Assembly: GCA_030427925.1 (NCBI GenBank)
Contig: JAUICJ010000001.1
Coordinates: 235,388 to 299,387, forward strand
Reading direction: 5' to 3'
Source: Bacteroidia bacterium
GTDB lineage: Bacteria > Bacteroidota > Bacteroidia > Flavobacteriales_D > Sanyastnellaceae
Length of the DNA stretch: 64,000 bases
The first letter of the stretch is position 1; the number at the start of each line of letters is the position of its first letter. Below the pieces are notes generated by a model that was given only the letters and a program-made list of their open reading frames with translations, had not been told where the DNA came from and made no database searches. This document shows positions 44,486 to 55,013 of this stretch, piece by piece. The translations under genes were made by a program, and so were the position numbers.

Positions 44486-44920
44486 ATGAAGTACACAGGG
44501 ATGGCCCTCATCGGGGCGCTGCTCCTCAGCACAGGGTGCGAAATCACCTACCGCGGATGCATGGATCCGGAAGCGACGAATTACGACGCCACGGCCGACA
44601 CGGATGACGGGTCGTGCACGTACGAAGGCCAGGCGGTTTTTTGGTACGGCTCGGCCGTTGCGCAGGATTTGGACGCATACCTCAGCGACACCTTGACCTT
44701 TTACGTTGAAGGTGAAGCCCAAATCGTCACCGCAACCGACATGTACTGGTCCGTCGCTCCCGACTGCGGGGAATACAACACCTACACGGTCACCGCCTCC
44801 TTGCCCGACGGCGAGCCGCGCGTCGTTTCCTACCAAGTCATCGACAACTTCGATGACGTGTTGTGGGACGGCATCGTGGCATTCAACCTGGGCGGCTGCA
44901 CGGCCATTGAATTGGAGTGA
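44486..44920 (+). CDS. Small lipoprotein carrying one Cys-rich CxDPxAxNY...DDGSCxY module
   Basis: The ATG at 44486 gives MKYTGMALIGALLLSTGC (lipobox). It contains GCMDPEATNYDATADTDDGSCTY. Confidence 0.65.
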   Translation: MKYTGMALIGALLLSTGCEITYRGCMDPEATNYDATADTDDGSCTYEGQAVFWYGSAVAQDLDAYLSDTLTFYVEGEAQIVTATDMYWSVAPDCGEYNTYTVTASLPDGEPRVVSYQVIDNFDDVLWDGIVAFNLGGCTAIELE

Positions 44921-44936
44921 GGCGCTCGACCCGAAG

Positions 44937-44971
44937 AAAAAAGGCCGGCTCCTCAACGAGCCGGCCTTTTT
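44937..44971. terminator. Bidirectional rho-independent terminator
   Basis: Perfect 9-bp stem GGCCGGCTC/GAGCCGGCC with a 6-nt loop, flanked by A6 and T5. It lies between convergent genes. Confidence 0.8.
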
Positions 44972-44974
44972 CAT

Positions 44975-47900
44975 TCACCAACAATCGGTTCCGAACGCCC
45001 CCAATAGCAAGAGCATGTCCGCCACGGTGGTGGTCCCGTCCCCGTTGAAATCCGCCAAACACGGCGGCTCCTCGCAACCGAAGTCGCTCAGGAGCAACAG
45101 CATGTCGCCGATTTCGACCAACCCGTTTTCGTTCAGGTCTTCCGGGCAGCTCGACAACGGATTCCCGTCGCAATCGAACCCGGATTCGGGCAGTTCGCAC
45201 CCCACGTTGTCCGTGGCGTTCTGGTTGTAATTGCACGCTTCGGGATCGGTGCAGCCGGGAACCTCCAACTCATCGCACACCCCGTCGCCGTCCGAGTCGT
45301 TCACGCAATCTCCGGTGCACGTGAAGTAATTCGGCGCATACGTGCACGAACTGTCTTCCACCGTCGCCGTCGCATTGTAATTGCACGCGTTGGGATCGGT
45401 GCATCCGGGCACCAAGTTCGCTGTGCAAATCCCGTTGAAGGTAAACGCCACGTCGTACGCGACGTTTGCGCTGGTCACCCATCCGTTGACCACTTCGAAC
45501 GTCCAGTTGCCCGTTCCCGTCAGTCCTGATGCCGACAAATCGATGGTGGCCGTGTAGGTCCCCGCGGTGGTCACGTCCCATTCAGCCGGCCAATCGCCCA
45601 ACACCGTGTAGTCCAACGTCACGTTGTACCCGCCAATTTCCCCGCACGTCCCATCGGGCGAGCAAATGCCCAACAGCAGGTCGCTCGGCCAGCTCGACCC
45701 GTTCGGCGTGAATTCCACCGTCACGTCCACCGACTCCAAGTCACCGGAAACGAAGGAGTTCAGGGTGGTCGAAGCCCCTCCCGCGAGCGTTTCATTCACT
45801 GCGGCGTCCAAGAAGCAATCGCATCCAACGACCGGGTCCGGGTACGTGCACGACCCGTCATCGAAGGCAACCGTGGAATCGAAATTGCAGGCCGTTTCAT
45901 CCGTGCAGCCGCAGTTGGCACACCCTTCGAAACATCCGGTGTTGAAGTTCGTCGTTTCGACATCGTTGGAAGCGTTTTCATCGGTCGCCCCCACCACCGC
46001 CACGCTGACCTCCAGCGTGTGCGCTCCCGCAGTGGCGGTCAGGCAGCCCGATCCGGCGCACGCCGCAACGTCCACGCTTTCCAAGTACGCCAACGACCCC
46101 GTCCAATTCACCGTCACCTCGTCCGCCCCACCATCCACGGAGAAGGTCACATCGAACGCCGTAAGCGGTTCGCTGCCGAGGTTCGTGATGGTCGCCACGG
46201 GTTCAATGGCCTCGCCGCAGACATCGCCCGTTGCCCCGGACACGTCCGACAGCCAAGCATCCACCGCCGCGGGGTTGGCAGCCGCGGTGATGGTGAAGTT
46301 GTTGTCCGAGATGTCAAAGAAGTAGTTGTCGCTCGCCTTCACCTTGATCCGGGCGCTCGAAGTGGGCACGTTGGGGAAAACGATGGTCGCCGCGCCGTCG
46401 TTGGGTTCGTTGTCGGCCAACAAGTAGGGCCACGTGAACCCACCGTCCGTGGAAAGCCAAAGGTCCACTTCCGAGCAGCTCACCGGCGGCGCATTGGTCC
46501 CCGCCACCGACCAAATCACCGAGGTCGGCACGCCCGCCTCCAAGTTGTTGAACCCACTCGGGCTGATGAGGAAGAACGGCCCACTGTTCCCGTCCACTTC
46601 GAAGGTGATCTCCGCGTCGTTGACCCCGCCGGTGGTTTGGTTGTCGCGCACCGTGCAGCGGAAATTCATTTCCCGCCCGTAAGTGGGCAGCAATTCACCG
46701 ATGGTGCTGGTGCCGTTGACCAAATCCGTGATCCGCGGAAACACCCGCGTCGGCGAGCTTTCCGACGGCCACGACTGCATGATGGGCTGGGTGCCGCTCG
46801 GGTTCGTCAAGTTGTTGTCGCCCGTGGCGGTCTGCGGTCCGAGGTCGTATTCTTCCCAGTTGTATGTCAATTCAGCTGCAGCATCGGGGTCCGAAGCGAT
46901 GGCCGTCAATTCGAAGGGCGTGGACTTGGGAATGGTCTTGCCGGAAGGCCCGACAACGAGCGTCGGAGGCGTGTTGTTAGAAGCCGTCACCACCGCGCAC
47001 GCGTTCCCCGAACCGTTGACGCTGAATGCCACCATTTCGTTGATGCTGTGCACGTGGAAGTGATCGTCGGAATTGCTTTGGAGGTTGGGGGCACAAATGC
47101 CTGCGTAGCCCATGATGGTGCTCGCGCTTCCCGGTTCAAATGCCGCGCTGCTGGCCCGGTTGCACGGGTTGTTTTGTGTGTGGTTCGCCCCGAATTGGTG
47201 GCCCATTTCGTGGCACACGTAGTCGATGTCGAACGGGTCGCCCACGGGGCTGCCTCCGCCGGTAACCCCTCCGGCCTTGATGCTCGAACACGGCGACTGC
47301 AAATAAGCGACGCCCCCACCGCCGGTGGAGAAGACGTGCCCGATGTCGTAGTTCGAGAATCCGATGACCGCATCGATGGTGTTCTGGTTCTCGCTCAGCA
47401 TCGCCCCGCCGTTGTTGTTGGTGTAGGGGTCCGTGGAGCCGTTGAGGTAGATGATTTGGTCGTTGTTCGCGATGAGCTCCATGTGGATGGCGACATCCCG
47501 GTGGTACACGCCGTTGATGCGCACCATGGAGGTCGCCATGGCAGACAGGGCGCCCGAAAGGGTTCCGCCGTGGAATTGGGCGTACTCGCCGGTGCAGGCC
47601 AACGCGAGCCGGTACGTGCGCAATTGCGAGCCGTTGGGCGTCAACGCCGAAGCCGCCGTGCTGCGCTCAACGGGCCGCTGACCCGGTTCGCGCACATCGA
47701 CGCCCATCCGCAACCCCTTCAACGGCATGTCCCCATGTTCGCGCACTTCGCAACCCGTGCGCACCTTATCGGTCGTCGCGAAGAACGCGCTTCGGGTGTA
47801 GGCCAAATACAGCCCCATCGCCCCATCCCGATCCACCGGATCGATGTAGACCGTCTCCGCCCCAGGCGTCAACAGCATCGCGTGGAAGCCGCGCTCTGTG

Positions 47901-48277
47901 ACATCGAAATGCACCGTTCCCCCCAACCCGTCAGCCGCCGCCCCGACGAACGTACGAATCTGTGGATAACGCGCTTGAAGTTCCGCCGCCATGACCCGTT
48001 CCTCGACCACCCGGTAATCCCGCCACAAGCCGTCCGGCGTCGGGAACCGCAAGATCGAAGCCGACCGCTCCGGCACCGCCCCATGAGCCGGGACCCCTTC
48101 GAGCCAATCGTGCAGCGCCGGCACATCCACTTCCAAGGAGCGAAACCGTGCAGGAGCGATGACCGGTTCGACGTCAGCGGGAAGCACCACGTCGTTCCAA
48201 GCGGTGAACTGCGCCCAAGTGGGCATGGACCCCAGCAGCATCGCCGCCAAGCATCCGAGGGTACGGAAAGTTTTCAT
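44975..48277 (-). CDS. Secreted reprolysin-like (M12B/metzincin) zinc metalloprotease with multiple beta-domains, Cys-rich modules and dockerin-like C-terminal repeats
   Basis: The ATG at 48277 gives the signal peptide MKTFRTLGCLAAMLLGSMPTWAQ. Metzincin motif HEMGHQFGANH. Three CTDxxACN(Y/F)...D(D/S)SC modules. The C-terminal DLNENGLVEIGDMLLLLSDFG and DFNGDGTTTVADMLLLLGAFG resemble dockerin/EF-hand repeats. Confidence 0.8.
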   Translation of the reverse strand: MKTFRTLGCLAAMLLGSMPTWAQFTAWNDVVLPADVEPVIAPARFRSLEVDVPALHDWLEGVPAHGAVPERSASILRFPTPDGLWRDYRVVEERVMAAELQARYPQIRTFVGAAADGLGGTVHFDVTERGFHAMLLTPGAETVYIDPVDRDGAMGLYLAYTRSAFFATTDKVRTGCEVREHGDMPLKGLRMGVDVREPGQRPVERSTAASALTPNGSQLRTYRLALACTGEYAQFHGGTLSGALSAMATSMVRINGVYHRDVAIHMELIANNDQIIYLNGSTDPYTNNNGGAMLSENQNTIDAVIGFSNYDIGHVFSTGGGGVAYLQSPCSSIKAGGVTGGGSPVGDPFDIDYVCHEMGHQFGANHTQNNPCNRASSAAFEPGSASTIMGYAGICAPNLQSNSDDHFHVHSINEMVAFSVNGSGNACAVVTASNNTPPTLVVGPSGKTIPKSTPFELTAIASDPDAAAELTYNWEEYDLGPQTATGDNNLTNPSGTQPIMQSWPSESSPTRVFPRITDLVNGTSTIGELLPTYGREMNFRCTVRDNQTTGGVNDAEITFEVDGNSGPFFLISPSGFNNLEAGVPTSVIWSVAGTNAPPVSCSEVDLWLSTDGGFTWPYLLADNEPNDGAATIVFPNVPTSSARIKVKASDNYFFDISDNNFTITAAANPAAVDAWLSDVSGATGDVCGEAIEPVATITNLGSEPLTAFDVTFSVDGGADEVTVNWTGSLAYLESVDVAACAGSGCLTATAGAHTLEVSVAVVGATDENASNDVETTNFNTGCFEGCANCGCTDETACNFDSTVAFDDGSCTYPDPVVGCDCFLDAAVNETLAGGASTTLNSFVSGDLESVDVTVEFTPNGSSWPSDLLLGICSPDGTCGEIGGYNVTLDYTVLGDWPAEWDVTTAGTYTATIDLSASGLTGTGNWTFEVVNGWVTSANVAYDVAFTFNGICTANLVPGCTDPNACNYNATATVEDSSCTYAPNYFTCTGDCVNDSDGDGVCDELEVPGCTDPEACNYNQNATDNVGCELPESGFDCDGNPLSSCPEDLNENGLVEIGDMLLLLSDFGCEEPPCLADFNGDGTTTVADMLLLLGAFGTDCW

Positions 48278-48340
48278 CAGCAAAAAGGTGGAACGTTGTC
48301 GTTCCACCTTTCCAAGTTAGTGCTTTTGAAGGGATGTCCG

Positions 48341-49429
48341 TCAAGCGGTTTGGCCCAGCGTGCGCAACATCCTCGTGTGAACGCGCAAGGCTGTCCAGAA
48401 CGTGGTTTGCGAGTTGTACGGAAGGCCGAATTCCCGAGCGGTTTTCTCCACAATCGGTGCCAGTTTGCGGTGGTGCACGTGGCAGATGTTCGGGAACAAG
48501 TGGTGTTCAATTTGGTGGTTCAACCCCCCGCTCAACCACGTGAGGAGGCGCGACCGGGTTCCGAAGTTCGCCGTGGTTTGGAGCTGGTGAGCCATCGGAT
48601 CCGCTTCCATGACCTCGCCCTTCACCGCTTGCGGGAAGGTGTGGTGTTCCATGACGTGGGCCAATTGGAAAATCGAGGCCAAAGCCAATCCCGCAACAGC
48701 GTGCATCACGCCCCATCCCACCAACACCTGCCACCACACCAAGTCCGAGAAGATCAAGGGGAGGGCGAACATGTAGAAGAAGTGCAGGGATTTGGTGATG
48801 ACCAAATACGTGATGAGCTTCCCTTTCGTCGTGCCCGAACGCTCGATCAAGCCCTTCTTTTCGTACCGGCTGATGGCGATCCAGTCCTTCGCGGTGATCC
48901 AAAACAGCGACATGATGGCGTAAAAGAACCACGCATAAATGTGCTGGAATCGGTGCCACGGCTTCAACGGACGCTGCGGAGTGAACCGCAGCAGGCCGGG
49001 CGTGTCAATGTCCTCATCCAACCCATCGATGTTGGTGAACGTGTGGTGCAACACGTTGTGCTGGATGCGCCACAAGGCCGCATTGCCTCCCACGAGGTCC
49101 AGCGTTCGCCCGAGCAGGTCGTTGACCATTTTGGACTTGGAAAACGCGCCGTGGTTGGCGTCGTGCATGACGTTCAGGCCGATGCCAGCCAATCCCAATC
49201 CCATCACCAATTCCGCCACCCAAAACCACACTCCCGTTCCCGTCACCCCGAAGGTGAACAGGGCCCAAGGAACGAAATACAACGCCAGCATAACGCTGGT
49301 TTTCAAGTACATCCGCCAATCGCCGGTGCGGCTGAGGTTGTTTTCTTTGAAGTAGGAGTCGACGCGTTGGCGAAGGGTGCGCGTAAAGGCCGAAGTGTCG
49401 CGCGGAAATCGAACGGTGGGTATTTGCAT
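48341..49429 (-). CDS. Membrane fatty acid desaturase
   Basis: Histidine boxes HDANHG, HNVLHH and HQIEHHLFP. ATG at 49429. Confidence 0.85.
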   Translation of the reverse strand: MQIPTVRFPRDTSAFTRTLRQRVDSYFKENNLSRTGDWRMYLKTSVMLALYFVPWALFTFGVTGTGVWFWVAELVMGLGLAGIGLNVMHDANHGAFSKSKMVNDLLGRTLDLVGGNAALWRIQHNVLHHTFTNIDGLDEDIDTPGLLRFTPQRPLKPWHRFQHIYAWFFYAIMSLFWITAKDWIAISRYEKKGLIERSGTTKGKLITYLVITKSLHFFYMFALPLIFSDLVWWQVLVGWGVMHAVAGLALASIFQLAHVMEHHTFPQAVKGEVMEADPMAHQLQTTANFGTRSRLLTWLSGGLNHQIEHHLFPNICHVHHRKLAPIVEKTAREFGLPYNSQTTFWTALRVHTRMLRTLGQTA

Positions 49430-49563
49430 AAGGCTGCTTAGAAGGCGAAAGATACAACGCATCGAGAAAATTGGTTCGCGCCCCTTGTTTTTAATCGTTC
49501 TAAATAAAAATACCGCATTTGCGCGATTGCAAAACGCGGGTTCCCGGGCGGAATTTTGGCCCC

Positions 49564-51774
49564 ATGAAATGGATTGTGATTGCGGCCGGTTTGGCCTCCC
49601 TCACTGGGCAAGCGCAGGACTCGCTCAGCACGATGACCTCCATGTGGCATGGACTTCCGGAAGCCGAGGTGAGCGCGCTGGAATTGGCAGCGGGCGCGCG
49701 CGGAGCCGATGAGGTGACTGGCGCGTTGACGGTGCTGACATCCCGCGAATTGCAGCGCTTCCGTTACGCAGACCCCATGCAAGCGCTGCGAAGCGTGGCC
49801 GGGGTGAATTTGCAGGAGGAGGACGGCTTCGGCTTGCGCCCCAACATCGGATTGCGGGGTTCCGGCGCATCGCGTTCCGCCCGCATTACGTTGATGGAGG
49901 ACGGCATCCTCGTGGCACCGGCGCCGTATGCCGCGCCCGCCGCGTATTACTTCCCGACCATCGCGCGGATGGCATCGGTGGAGGTCATGAAAGGCAGCAG
50001 CCAAATCGCGTTCGGACCCGCCACGTCAGGCGGGGCCTTGAATTTGGTGTCCACGCCCATTCCCGAGGTTCCGTTGGCGGCTCGGTTGGATTTGGAGGCT
50101 GGGGCGTTTGGTGGGCGGCGGGCGCAGGTGATGGTCGGGGGATTGCAGGAGGTGGGGAAAGGGGATTTGGCCTACCTCGTGGAGTGGGTGGACCAATCCA
50201 GCGACGGATTCAAGGCGGTGGACAACGGGTCGACCAGCGGTTTCAGCAAAGCCGATCGGCTGTTGAAGCTCGCGTGGAGGCCAAATCGTGAGGCCAGCCA
50301 CCGGTGGGTGCTGCGGGCCAGCGATGTCGGCGAAGTGAGCAACGAGACCTACCTCGGGTTGACCGACTCCGATTTTGCGGCCACCCCGTTTCGGCGGTAT
50401 GCGGCCACCGCAGAGGACGTCATGCGCGCGGAGCAAACCCAGTTGAGCTTGGGCTACGAGGTCAACCGGGGACGTTGGGAATCGACGACCACGATTTACC
50501 GCACCACCTTTCACCGCAACTGGTACAAGTTGGACGGCTTGCGCGATTCGACGGGGGCCTCGGTGTCGTTGGGCGATGTGGTGTCGAATCCGGAGGATTG
50601 GGCGCGCTCGTTCGACGTGTTGACCGGAGCGTCCACCGCGGGTGCGGAACGGTTGATTGTGAAGGCGAACAACCGCGATTACTTCGCGGAGGGCTTGCAG
50701 CACCGGGGGATGTGGACGTGGGGCGATCCGCTGCGCATCACGTATGGTCTGCGCGCGCACCGCGATGCTGCGGACCGGTTTCAGTGGCAAGACGACTTCG
50801 AAATGGTGGAAGGCCAAATGCACCAGCGCACCTCAGGCACGCCGGGCACAGCCGGCAACCGCATCGACGGGGCGGCAGCTTTGGCGGGCTTTGTTCGGGC
50901 TGCAGTGAAGGCGGGCCGTTGGACCTTCACGCCGGGGCTTCGCCACGAGTCCATTCGCATGGAACGGCGCGCCTTCGCTTCCGACGACCTGGCCCGGGAG
51001 GAGGCGGAGGTCCGGACGAATGCCGTTTCCGTTTGGCTCCCTGGGGCGGGTGTGAACTGGTCCATCCGCGAGGATTTGGGCCTGTTCGCGGGGCTCCACC
51101 GCGGGTTCATCCCGCCCGGTTCATCGCCCGGAAGCCGCGCCGAGCAGAGCTGGAACAGCGAGCTGGGCGTCCGGTTGTCCCAAGCCAGTTTCTCAGCCCA
51201 AATCGTGGCCTACCACACAGCATTCGGCAACCTCCTTGGAACCGATCACACCGCTGCCGGGGGCACCGGTTCGGGGGATACCTTCAACGGCGGCAGCGCT
51301 GCGGCTCAGGGGGTGGAAGTCGAATGGGCTTGGGATCCGCTCCATGGATCGCGTTCAGGCTGGGCACTGCCCATCCGAGGGGTGTACACGTTCACGCATG
51401 CGGTCTTCACCGAGTCGTTCGACAGCGATTTCGAGCCTTGGAGCACCGTGGATGAAGGCGATTTCATGCCCTACCTCGCTCCACACACGGGCTCACTGGG
51501 AGCAAGCTTGGAAAAGGACGCGCTCCATTTCGATGTGAATGTGCGGTACACGGCTGCCATGCGCACCGAGGCCAGCCAAGGGATGGCCGGGGAATGGACC
51601 GATGACGCGTTGGTCGTCGATGCCGGAGTGCGGAGCCAACTCGGCGACCGCCTCACCATGCGGTTGGCGGTGACGAATGCTGCGGACGCGGTGTATTCGG
51701 TGGCCCGCAGGCCTTTCGGTTTGCGTCCGGGCGCGCCGCGCATGCTCCGGTTGGGGTGCAGCTGGTCGCTCTGA
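49564..51774 (+). CDS. TonB-dependent outer-membrane receptor
   Basis: ATG at 49564 with a signal peptide. Plug-domain motifs (LRSVAGVNLQEEDGFGLRPNIGLRGSG) and a C-terminal beta-barrel ending in an aromatic-rich strand. Confidence 0.85.
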   Translation: MKWIVIAAGLASLTGQAQDSLSTMTSMWHGLPEAEVSALELAAGARGADEVTGALTVLTSRELQRFRYADPMQALRSVAGVNLQEEDGFGLRPNIGLRGSGASRSARITLMEDGILVAPAPYAAPAAYYFPTIARMASVEVMKGSSQIAFGPATSGGALNLVSTPIPEVPLAARLDLEAGAFGGRRAQVMVGGLQEVGKGDLAYLVEWVDQSSDGFKAVDNGSTSGFSKADRLLKLAWRPNREASHRWVLRASDVGEVSNETYLGLTDSDFAATPFRRYAATAEDVMRAEQTQLSLGYEVNRGRWESTTTIYRTTFHRNWYKLDGLRDSTGASVSLGDVVSNPEDWARSFDVLTGASTAGAERLIVKANNRDYFAEGLQHRGMWTWGDPLRITYGLRAHRDAADRFQWQDDFEMVEGQMHQRTSGTPGTAGNRIDGAAALAGFVRAAVKAGRWTFTPGLRHESIRMERRAFASDDLAREEAEVRTNAVSVWLPGAGVNWSIREDLGLFAGLHRGFIPPGSSPGSRAEQSWNSELGVRLSQASFSAQIVAYHTAFGNLLGTDHTAAGGTGSGDTFNGGSAAAQGVEVEWAWDPLHGSRSGWALPIRGVYTFTHAVFTESFDSDFEPWSTVDEGDFMPYLAPHTGSLGASLEKDALHFDVNVRYTAAMRTEASQGMAGEWTDDALVVDAGVRSQLGDRLTMRLAVTNAADAVYSVARRPFGLRPGAPRMLRLGCSWSL

Positions 51775-51776
51775 GG

Positions 51777-53168
51777 TCAGTGGTGCTTCACCCGCACGTC
51801 TTCCCGTTGCAACCGCAAGCGCAACCACTCTGCGATGCGGATTTGGGCCGCCATCCGCTCCGGAGTGGAGTCCACGTCCCAAACGATGTCCACCCACGGA
51901 ACGCGCTCGCTGCTTTCGTTCGATCGACGCCGTTCAGCGACCATGCCGGCATGGACTTCCAAGATGCCCGGGTCTTGCAGCAAGACCTCTCCGGGAAGGG
52001 AGTTGGGGAGGAGCTCGCCGTCGAGGGCGTTCCGCGTTGCGGCGAGTTCGTCGTTCAGCCGGCGGATTTCCGCATCGCGATCGGCCAAGTCCGAGCGGCC
52101 GGCTGAATACAGGTCCACGAGCCGCTGCATTTCGTCCAATCCGGCATCGGAGGGTCGGTTTTGGACCACCTTGAGGGTGGCATCCGCGACCACGCCCGCG
52201 AGGCCGCTCTGCCATTCGCTCAACAGCGCGTCAGGCACGTGTTCGCCGAGGAGGACCAAATCCACATGCGGGTGGCCGTCTTCGTACCGGATTTCTTGCT
52301 TCACCACCTCCATTCCGGGGTAGCGCACGTGTTCGGTCAGGTATTCTGTGATTTGGCCTGAATGGATGCCTTCGGTCACCGTCCGGTAAAAAATCCACCC
52401 CGAAGGCAGCACGAGCGCCAGCAAGGCGAGGGCGAAATACCGCTTGTACTTCCGCTCCTTCGTGGCATCGGGCAGGGTCACCATGGGGAACCGCAAGTAG
52501 CGCACGACCAGCGTGGTCGCCGTGGCAATCAGGATGGCGTTGATGAGGAACAGGTAGAAGGCCCCGAGGAAGAAGTGCCAATCGCCGTGGGCCAAACCAA
52601 AGCCGGCCGTGCACAGCGGCGGCATGAGCGCCGTCGCGATGGCGACCCCGGGGATCACGTTGTTCTTCTCCTTGCGCGACCCCGCCAGGATCCCGGTCAA
52701 GCCGCCAAAGAGCGCAATGAGCACGTCGAGCAGCGTGGGATTCGTCCGAGCGAAGAGTTCGTTGGAGGGTGCGTCGAGCGGGGAAATGAGGAAGTACACC
52801 GCGCTCGCGGCGATGGAGATGCCTGCCGCCACGCCGAGGTTGAGCACCGATTTGCGGACCATGGACAAATCGTTGATGCCCACGCCCAAACCGAATCCCA
52901 TGATGGGACCCATGAGCGGGGAAATCAACATCGCGCCGATGACCACCGCCGTCGAGTCCACGTTGAGGCCGATGGACGCGATGACGATGGCAAAACCGAG
53001 GATCCACACGTTGAATCCTTTGAACTCGATGTCCTTTTGGATGCCGGCGATGGTGGACTCGGGTTCCGCCAAATCCACGATGCTCAACCGGTCGACCACG
53101 ATGGGCCGCAAAATCGCCAAGATCCGAGTGAACGGGTTGACGCGGGGCGTTTCAGGAGCAGTTTCCAT
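51777..53168 (-). CDS. DUF389-family membrane protein
   Basis: GLNVDSTAVVIGAMLISPLMGPIMGFGLG is the recognisable DUF389 core, followed by a soluble C-terminal domain. Confidence 0.75.
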   Translation of the reverse strand: METAPETPRVNPFTRILAILRPIVVDRLSIVDLAEPESTIAGIQKDIEFKGFNVWILGFAIVIASIGLNVDSTAVVIGAMLISPLMGPIMGFGLGVGINDLSMVRKSVLNLGVAAGISIAASAVYFLISPLDAPSNELFARTNPTLLDVLIALFGGLTGILAGSRKEKNNVIPGVAIATALMPPLCTAGFGLAHGDWHFFLGAFYLFLINAILIATATTLVVRYLRFPMVTLPDATKERKYKRYFALALLALVLPSGWIFYRTVTEGIHSGQITEYLTEHVRYPGMEVVKQEIRYEDGHPHVDLVLLGEHVPDALLSEWQSGLAGVVADATLKVVQNRPSDAGLDEMQRLVDLYSAGRSDLADRDAEIRRLNDELAATRNALDGELLPNSLPGEVLLQDPGILEVHAGMVAERRRSNESSERVPWVDIVWDVDSTPERMAAQIRIAEWLRLRLQREDVRVKHH

Positions 53169-53489
53169 GGGTCGAATGTAGAACGGCCACAGAACTGAAA
53201 TTCAATGGCCTGAATTTTTTTTTTCGCGCGGAGTGGAAATCATTGGGGATTTCGGGATTTGTTCCGAATGTTGCACCGCGAAATGCACGTCCGACGATGA
53301 ACTTGACCTCCCATGCAGCACCGGCTTTGAACGGCTGGTTGGCGCGCTTCCTCCAACGCGGTTGGGGGTGGCGGGGCATGCGCGCGTTCATCATCCGGCT
53401 CTGAATCGACGGGGTCAACACGCGAGGTGCGAGGGAACTCGTGCGCGCGGCCGTCTGCATCTCAAGCATTCACCCCCGATTCCCTTTCC

Positions 53490-55013
53490 ATGAAACTGAA
53501 ATACATCGACCTCGTTGAGCAGACCTTTGACTGGCCTCAAGAGGAATTCAACATCGACACGCACGGGCAACTGGCCTTCCATGGCATCCCCATGCGCGAC
53601 CTGATCGAGCGGTTTGGGACGCCGCTCCGGTTCACGTACTTGCCGAAGATTGGGCAGAACATTGATTTGGCCCAAACCTGGTTCCGCCAAGCGATGGAAA
53701 AACTCCATTACAAAGGCGCTTACCACTACTGCTACGTGACGAAAAGCAGCCACTTCCGGCACGTGACCGAAGAAGTGCTGAAGCACGGCGCGCACATCGA
53801 GACCAGCTCGCCGTTCGACCTGGACATCGTGGCGGCGCTCGAACGCAGCGGCCACTTCAACCGGCCGTCCACCGTCATCTGCAACGGCTTCAAAACCGCG
53901 GCCTACATCGATCGCATCGTGAACATGCGGCGCGACGGCTTCACCGGCATCCTGCCCGTGCTCGACAACGAGCAGGAGTTCGCCCGCCTCAACGCCGTAG
54001 TCCGCGAGCCGATGGACGTGGGATTGCGCATCGCGTCCGAGGAAGAGCCGAAGTTCGAATTCTACACCTCGCGGCTCGGCATCGGCTACAAGCGCATCAT
54101 GCCGTTCTACCGCGAGCGCATCGAGCACCACCCGTTCATGCGGTTGCGCATGCTGCACTTCTTCGTGAACACGGGCATCCGCGACACGGCGTACTACTGG
54201 AACGAGCTCAACAAGGCGCTCAAAGTGTACTGCGACCTGCGCAAGGTCTGCCCGCACTTGACGGCGCTGAACATCGGCGGGGGCTTGCCAATCAAGAACT
54301 CCCTCGCGTTTTCGTACGACTACGCTTACATGGTCGAGGCCATCCTTGAGCAGGTGCAGGCGGCGTGCGCGGAAGCGGGGGTGCCGGAGCCGGACATTTA
54401 CACGGAATTCGGGTCGTTCACGGTGGGAGAGGCCGGGGGCACGCTGTACAAGGTGTTGTACCAAAAGGCCCAAAACGACCGAGAAGCTTGGAACATCATC
54501 GATTCCTCGTTCATGACGACCCTGCCGGACACCTGGGCCATCAACCGGCGGTTCCTCATGCTGCCCATCAACCGGTGGGAGAGCCCGTACGAGCGGGTGT
54601 TCTTGGGCGGTTTGACCTGTGACAGCGACGACTACTACAACTCGGAGCAGCACCTCAACGCGATTTACCTGCCGAAGTACAAGGCGTCCGACGACCTGTA
54701 CATCGGCTTCTTCAACACGGCCGCGTACCAAGACAACATCGGCGGGCACGGCGGCGTGCACCACTGCCTGATCCCGGGGCCGAAGCACGTGCTCATCGAC
54801 CGGGACGAGTCGGGCGAACTGACGTACGAGGTGTTTGCGGAGGAACAGCACGCGCAGCAGATGCTGTCCTTGCTCGGGTACGACATGTCGGGCGCGGAGC
54901 CGCCCCCCCCGCCGACCTCGGTGGAGGCGGATGACATGGTGGTGCCCCGGGCGCAGCGAAACCAGGAGGTGCCGGTGGTGAAGAAACGTGGAACTTCAAC
55001 AACGCGACAATGA
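53490..55013 (+). CDS. speA: Arginine decarboxylase (fold-type III PLP enzyme)
   Basis: ATG at 53490 (MKLKYIDL). The Orn/DAP/Arg decarboxylase layout includes YCYVTKSSHF (PLP-Lys region) and NIGGGLP. It lies in an operon with agmatinase. Confidence 0.8.
   Translation: MKLKYIDLVEQTFDWPQEEFNIDTHGQLAFHGIPMRDLIERFGTPLRFTYLPKIGQNIDLAQTWFRQAMEKLHYKGAYHYCYVTKSSHFRHVTEEVLKHGAHIETSSPFDLDIVAALERSGHFNRPSTVICNGFKTAAYIDRIVNMRRDGFTGILPVLDNEQEFARLNAVVREPMDVGLRIASEEEPKFEFYTSRLGIGYKRIMPFYRERIEHHPFMRLRMLHFFVNTGIRDTAYYWNELNKALKVYCDLRKVCPHLTALNIGGGLPIKNSLAFSYDYAYMVEAILEQVQAACAEAGVPEPDIYTEFGSFTVGEAGGTLYKVLYQKAQNDREAWNIIDSSFMTTLPDTWAINRRFLMLPINRWESPYERVFLGGLTCDSDDYYNSEQHLNAIYLPKYKASDDLYIGFFNTAAYQDNIGGHGGVHHCLIPGPKHVLIDRDESGELTYEVFAEEQHAQQMLSLLGYDMSGAEPPPPPTSVEADDMVVPRAQRNQEVPVVKKRGTSTTRQ

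Noticed and set aside
46019-49441. 1140-aa plus-strand ORF spanning the protease and desaturase loci
   Set aside because: It is antisense to two genes with unambiguous motifs (the HEMGHQFGANH metzincin and the histidine-box desaturase). Its composition is Arg/Gly/Pro/His-rich low complexity, typical of shadow ORFs in high-GC DNA.
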